Position numbers and translations under genes: made by a program. Of a stretch of 64,000 bases of DNA, positions 61,900-64,000 are shown piece by piece. Position 1 is the stretch's first letter; every line of letters starts with the position of its first letter. Where the stretch lies: positions 1,216,001-1,280,000 of the forward strand of contig OZ241867.1 of NCBI GenBank assembly GCA_965203175.1, read 5' to 3'. The stretch comes from Candidatus Latescibacterota bacterium (GTDB taxonomy: Bacteria; Latescibacterota; UBA2968; UBA8231). The notes under the pieces were generated by a model. That model saw nothing but the letters and a program-made list of their open reading frames with translations, ran no database searches and was not told the origin of the DNA.

Positions 61900-62712
61900 A
61901 TGTTGATTCTGCTGGGCATAGCGCTGGCGGTCGCTTCGCTTTTGGCCAGTTTGCGCTACGGCTCGCGTGGTGCTCTGCCCTTGATTGGCCTGCTTTGCTT
62001 GGGCACCGCCATGCTGCTAGGGGCTGCGTTGGGGCTGGTGCCCATTATGGGGTTGCTCGCCGCTTTGCAAATAGAGCGTCAGCAGACCTATGGTCGCGTC
62101 ATGGCCATGGCCTGTACGCCACCGGCGGGCTTGTGTCTTTGGCAGTTAATTCAGGCGCGCGATGGCACCCATCGCCAAGAGCAAGCCGCCGCCGTCTTGG
62201 AGCAGTTCCAAGCCTTGGAGATGGCCGTTGAGGAAGGCGGCCAGATGCTACTCGCGATTATCGACGCGGTCCTGCGGGTGCAGCCGGCCATCGAGATGGC
62301 GACCCTACTTTTGACGTTTGTCGTAGCGTATCGCCTGAGTCAGGGCCTGGCCTTGCGGCTGGGACTGTCGCTGCCCGCCCCCCTGCCGTTGTCTTTGTGG
62401 CGGCCTTGGGAAGAGCTGATTTGGGTATTGATCGCGGCCTTGGGGCTAAGTCTTTTGGGCGATGGGTTGTTGGCCGATTTGGGTCTCAACCTGATCGTGT
62501 TGATGGGGATTATCTACGGGGTTCAAGGGGTGGCAGTTCTGCGCTTTTTTGCCCAGCGTCAAAGGGTTCCGCCTTTGGTCGAGCTGTTGTTTTACATAGG
62601 GCTTTTTTTTGTCGTAGGGTTGGCGTTTCTACTCTTGGCTGGATTGGGGCTTTTGGATACTTGGTTCGATTGGCGTCGGCTGCGCCCAGCCCCCACGGAG
62701 GAAGAAGCGTAA
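61900..62712 (+). CDS. DUF2232/YybS-family membrane protein
   Basis: QGVAV, GLLDTWFDWR; usual position before rplI. Confidence 0.8.
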   Translation: MLILLGIALAVASLLASLRYGSRGALPLIGLLCLGTAMLLGAALGLVPIMGLLAALQIERQQTYGRVMAMACTPPAGLCLWQLIQARDGTHRQEQAAAVLEQFQALEMAVEEGGQMLLAIIDAVLRVQPAIEMATLLLTFVVAYRLSQGLALRLGLSLPAPLPLSLWRPWEELIWVLIAALGLSLLGDGLLADLGLNLIVLMGIIYGVQGVAVLRFFAQRQRVPPLVELLFYIGLFFVVGLAFLLLAGLGLLDTWFDWRRLRPAPTEEEA

Positions 62713-62756
62713 GGCCCAAACAACATCGCCGTTTTCTATGAAGTGGAGGACAAATC

Positions 62757-63200
62757 GTGAAAGTAATTCTGTTAAAGGACATTGAAACCTTGGGTTCGGC
62801 CGGCGAGGTCGTGGAAGTAAAGAACGGGTATGGTCGCAACTTCCTGATTCCTCGCAACGAGGCCTTGGTCGCCACCGCCGCCAACATGGCCCAGTTCGAG
62901 TCTAGGCGCAAACAGCAAGAGACCTTGGCCGAGCGCGACCGCCGGGCCGCCGAGGGCCTCGCCAAAAAGCTGGAAGCGGAGTCGATCACCGCGCAGGTCA
63001 AGGTCGGCGAGGAGGATCGCCTCTTTGGTTCGGTAACCGCTCAGAATATCGCCGAATTGCTCGATGAAAAGGGCTACGAGGTGGATCGCCGCGCCATCCA
63101 CCTCGAAGATCCCATCCGCGAATTGGGCGTTTACAACATCGAAGTGCGCCTCCACCCGGAGGTAGTAGCAGCGGTCAAGCTCTGGGTCGTCAAGGAATAG
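62757..63200 (+). CDS. rplI: 50S ribosomal protein L9
   Basis: VILLKDIETLG..GEVVEVKNGYGRNFLIP, LFGSVT. Confidence 0.97.
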   Translation: MKVILLKDIETLGSAGEVVEVKNGYGRNFLIPRNEALVATAANMAQFESRRKQQETLAERDRRAAEGLAKKLEAESITAQVKVGEEDRLFGSVTAQNIAELLDEKGYEVDRRAIHLEDPIRELGVYNIEVRLHPEVVAAVKLWVVKE

Positions 63201-63240
63201 CGCGACGCTAGACGCCCTTCCTCCTCAACGGAGGTAATTC

Positions 63241-64000
63241 ATGCTAGGCAGGGTCTTGTTCCTTTGCTGGATGTGTGCGGCGGCCCTCGGCTGCGGACCG
63301 GAATATTCGGAAGGCCCTTTCGCGCGCGTCGGGCAGGAAGTATGGCGCACGGTAAACAGAAGCCATCGGGGTGCCGACGGCATCTTGGTGCAGGCGGCCT
63401 TGCACACTTTCGCCTATGAGATCTCTCGCGCCTACGCGCGGGCTGAGCGCGAGGACTTGGGGCAGGAGCAGCTCGAATTTCGCATCAAGCAGCTACTCTA
63501 CTCCTACGTCGATGGCACCTACCCGTCCGAAGACGGCACGGACATCAACAGCCTCTACTTGCAGTATCTCATCTACGTAAATCCGTCCTTCGATGCACGC
63601 AATCCCCTGCAAAAACGCTCCTTCAACATCTGGAGGGCCGAATACATCCGCCGGGTCGTCGATGTCATCTACGACTCCAAGTTTCCCATCTTGCGCGACG
63701 AGTACGACGACCGTTGGGGCTTGACGCTCTACAGTCGCCTAGTCTTTACCGTTTATCTGTCGAGCGGAGAGTCTCAGCTCAAGCCTTATATTGCCGATAT
63801 TGGTACGCGCACCTTCTTGGTCAATCAGCGAGGTGCGCGCTTCCAGCCTAGCGGGACGTTTGGTTCCTATCCGTACGAGAGCGACCGTCCCGAAGGAGAG
63901 GTTCTCGACGGCAAGACCTACTACCGAGTCTTCTTCCCCAATCGCAAGAGAGACGACAAGACGCCTATTGTCCGGCGCGACGACGACTATCTCGAGCTGC
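63241..64000 (+). CDS. Hypothetical lipoprotein (runs off the window)
   Basis: GGAGG RBS, then MLGRVLFLCWMCAAALGC lipobox; frame stays open to the window end. Confidence 0.7.
   Translation, partial: MLGRVLFLCWMCAAALGCGPEYSEGPFARVGQEVWRTVNRSHRGADGILVQAALHTFAYEISRAYARAEREDLGQEQLEFRIKQLLYSYVDGTYPSEDGTDINSLYLQYLIYVNPSFDARNPLQKRSFNIWRAEYIRRVVDVIYDSKFPILRDEYDDRWGLTLYSRLVFTVYLSSGESQLKPYIADIGTRTFLVNQRGARFQPSGTFGSYPYESDRPEGEVLDGKTYYRVFFPNRKRDDKTPIVRRDDDYLEL

Overview
This is a bacterial chromosome window spanning the replication origin. Gene order and protein families suggest an FCB-related lineage such as Latescibacterota or Gemmatimonadota (inference only). The core block is gyrA-gyrB-dciA-recF-dnaN-[oriC]-dnaA, divergent from rpmH-rnpA-yidD-yidC-mnmE-[2 parS]-rsmG. 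It is followed by tmk, an S41 protease, RNase E/G, rplU-rpmA, sucCD, two glycosyltransferases, a variant cytochrome c maturation (Ccm) cluster, HtrA, a sigma54 activator, a large TPR protein, ispE, rplY, pth, a membrane pyrophosphatase, rpsF and rplI. Four tRNAs are present. The left 13 kb is accessory: sugar dehydrogenase, PHP hydrolase, secreted FlgD-Ig protein, enolase-superfamily dehydratase, XRE-PAS regulator, sulfatase and a sugar ABC transporter. Four observations stand out. (1) A TnpB-only IS200/IS605 element has an inferred target motif (T)TCAT that is the reverse complement of a start codon; it sits exactly at the ATG of the ABC substrate-binding gene and its left end supplies a replacement Shine-Dalgarno. 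(2) A promoter- and terminator-bounded structured ~200-nt RNA candidate with an anti-SD loop lies divergent from an XRE repressor, with similar operators in both promoters. (3) A 28-bp palindromic element occurs once intergenically and once as an in-frame insertion inside ccmA. (4) A 42-nt single-hairpin IS200/IS605 remnant lies between two tRNA-Ser genes. No CRISPR array or rRNA was seen.
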